In this document: in pieces, positions 61,863 to 64,000 of the stretch
How positions within the stretch are numbered: the stretch's first letter is position 1
How the letters are laid out: every line of letters starts with the position of its first letter
Sequence record: NZ_LC532224.1
Source: a plasmid
Length of the DNA: 64,000 nt
Strand: one strand, 5' to 3'
Translations under genes and position numbers: made by a program
Notes under the pieces: generated by a model
What the model was told of the DNA's origin: nothing
The model's database searches: none
The model's input: only the letters and a program-made list of their open reading frames with translations

Positions 61863-62256
61863 CTCGTTTGTCCGGGCGTTTACCGTTCAGTCATTAAGTC
61901 GTCAATAAATAATATTGACCGATCGTCTAATAATCAACACTACTATCCCAGTGCTTTGCCAGCATTCAAGAAACATTATTCATTTCATGCACTTAAAGCT
62001 GTCTTTTTTGACCGACATCAAACTGTATTCTGGTTTATCTGGTGCAGAGGGAAAATCAGCATCCCTGAAGATACATAGCTAATGCTTCAGAACACGGCTG
62101 ATGATGCGATAAAACAACCAGGCTTTAATGAGTTAGTCTGAGCGGACCTTCGGCTCAGTAAATAGGTCCGCTCCGTGCCAAGAGCAGACGCTGGTAATTC
62201 GGGTAATGGTGCCAACTTACTGATTTAGTGTATGATGGTGTTTTTGAGGTGCTCCA

Positions 62257-62532
62257 GTGGCTTCTGTTTCTATCAGCTGTCCCTCCTGTTCAGCTACTGA
62301 AGGCGTGGTGCGTAACGGTAAAAGTACTGCCGGACATCAGCGCTATCTCTGCTCTCACTGCCGTAAAACATGGCAGCTACAGTTCACTTACACCGTCTCT
62401 CAGCCCGGTACACACCAGAAAATTATTGATATGGCCATGAATGGCGTCGGATGTCGCGCCAGTGCACGCATTATGGGCGTTGGCCTCAACACGATTTTAC
62501 GACACTTAAAAAACTCAGGCCGCAGTCGGTAA
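62257..62532 (+). CDS. insA: IS1 InsA
   Basis: Recognised IS1 InsA sequence. Confidence 0.9.
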   Translation: MASVSISCPSCSATEGVVRNGKSTAGHQRYLCSHCRKTWQLQFTYTVSQPGTHQKIIDMAMNGVGCRASARIMGVGLNTILRHLKNSGRSR

Positions 62533-62954
62533 ACTCACGCATACAACCGGGCAGTGACGTCATTGTTTGCGCGGAAATGGACGAACAGTGGGGTTACGTC
62601 GGCGCTAAATCACGCCAGCGCTGGTTGTTTTACGCGTATGACAGGATACGGAGGACGGTTGTGGCGCACGTATTCGGTGAACGCACGTTGGTCACGCTGG
62701 AGCGTCTTCTGGGCCTGCTGTCGGCCTTTGAGGTCGTGGTATGGATGACGGATGGCTGGCCGCTTTATGAATCACGCCTGAAGGGAGAACTGCACGTTAT
62801 CAGCAAGCGATATACGCAGCGCATTGAGCGGCATAACCTGAATCTGAGGCAGCATCTGGCAAGGCTGGGCAGGAAGTCACTGTCGTTCTCAAAATCGGTG
62901 GAGCTGCATGACAAAGTCATCGGGCATTATCTGAACATAAAACACTATCAGTAA
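62451..62954 (+). CDS. insB: IS1 InsB (expressed as InsAB' via -1 frameshift)
   Basis: Recognised IS1 InsB sequence. Confidence 0.85.
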   Translation: MSRQCTHYGRWPQHDFTTLKKLRPQSVNSRIQPGSDVIVCAEMDEQWGYVGAKSRQRWLFYAYDRIRRTVVAHVFGERTLVTLERLLGLLSAFEVVVWMTDGWPLYESRLKGELHVISKRYTQRIERHNLNLRQHLARLGRKSLSFSKSVELHDKVIGHYLNIKHYQ

Positions 62955-63067
62955 GTTGGAGTCATTACCGGTGCTCTGATATATTTATTATACTATAGTG
63001 GGGTATGTGTTGATCTTAATGTAATACTCCCCTATAGTATAAGAAATACAGAGCAGTGAGGTAAGCA

Positions 63068-63343
63068 ATGCCCAGTACTCCTGAAGAGAAAAAAAAGGTC
63101 CTAACCCGGGTTCGCCGTATCCGGGGTCAGATTGATGCTCTGGAAAGAGCACTTGAAAGTGGCGCTGAATGCCGTTCCGTTCTCCAGCAAATCGCCGCCG
63201 TCCGGGGCGCCGCTAACGGACTGATGGCAGAGGTGCTGGAGAGCCACATACGGGAAACCTTTGACCAGAATGACAGCTACAGTCATGAAGTCAGTAAATC
63301 AGTTGACGATACGATTGAGCTGGTTCGTGCCTATCTTAAATAG
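63068..63343 (+). CDS. frmR: FrmR formaldehyde-responsive repressor (CsoR/RcnR family)
   Basis: About 90 percent identical to E. coli FrmR as recalled. Confidence 0.85.
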   Translation: MPSTPEEKKKVLTRVRRIRGQIDALERALESGAECRSVLQQIAAVRGAANGLMAEVLESHIRETFDQNDSYSHEVSKSVDDTIELVRAYLK

Positions 63344-63347
63344 GTGA

Positions 63348-64000
<653 letters not shown>

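Larger units (their letters stand above)
62202..62969 (+). mobile_element. IS1, 768 bp, variant IRs (ggtaatggtgccaacttactgat / atcagtaagttggagtcattacc); no matching TSD
   Basis: Ends read directly; flanks ctggtaattcg versus ggtgctctgat do not match. Confidence 0.85.

Overview
This window looks like a segment of a large enterobacterial conjugative plasmid, or an integrated element derived from one. It has a MOBH/IncHI-type Tra1-like transfer module, and no integrase or att site is visible.

Core layout, read from the sequence:
- 1-794: 3' part of a umuC/mucB-like translesion polymerase gene, truncated at the window edge.
- 840-5376: periplasmic conjugation helpers: DsbA-like and DsbC-like oxidoreductases, a lipoprotein and a lytic transglycosylase.
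- 5500-7077: a colicin-DNase-type HNH nuclease gene followed by a small ORF, a possible toxin/immunity pair.
- 7200-13610, minus strand: F-type mating-pair genes traG/trhG, traH and traF.
- 13611-14201: a 590-bp AT-rich control region.
- 14202-15516, minus strand: two unknown genes.
- About 15850-16010: three tandem palindromic repeat units, a candidate oriT or operator array.
- 16276-24493: two small ORFs, then a MOBH-type relaxase (HD-domain TraI), a coupling protein, a 370-aa ORF and a TraJ-sized membrane protein.
- 24504-26418: an S49 peptidase and a NERD-domain protein.
- About 26.7-53.8 kb: backbone of many small unknown genes, including a ParB-like protein and a klaA-klaB(telA)-klaC(telB) tellurite-type cassette.
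- 54053-58575: a KAP-family P-loop NTPase gene split by an IS3-family insertion.
- After 59.4 kb: an XRE regulator, a TetR regulator with a yhdH/acuI-like reductase, and frmR with the start of frmA.

Four IS elements have base-resolved ends:
- IS903, 1057 bp, with a 9-bp target-site duplication (TSD).
- IS186, with a GC-rich roughly 10-bp TSD.
- The IS3-family element, 1244 bp, with a 3-bp TSD.
- IS1, 768 bp, with no TSD.

The most striking signal is a 15-17-bp palindrome, consensus GAAAAGTAACTTTTC, present at 12 or more intergenic and promoter-proximal sites across about 50 kb. Fewer than 0.1 copies would be expected by chance. It looks like the operator set of an undescribed element-wide regulon, possibly bound by the ParB-like protein, whose own promoter region carries two copies.
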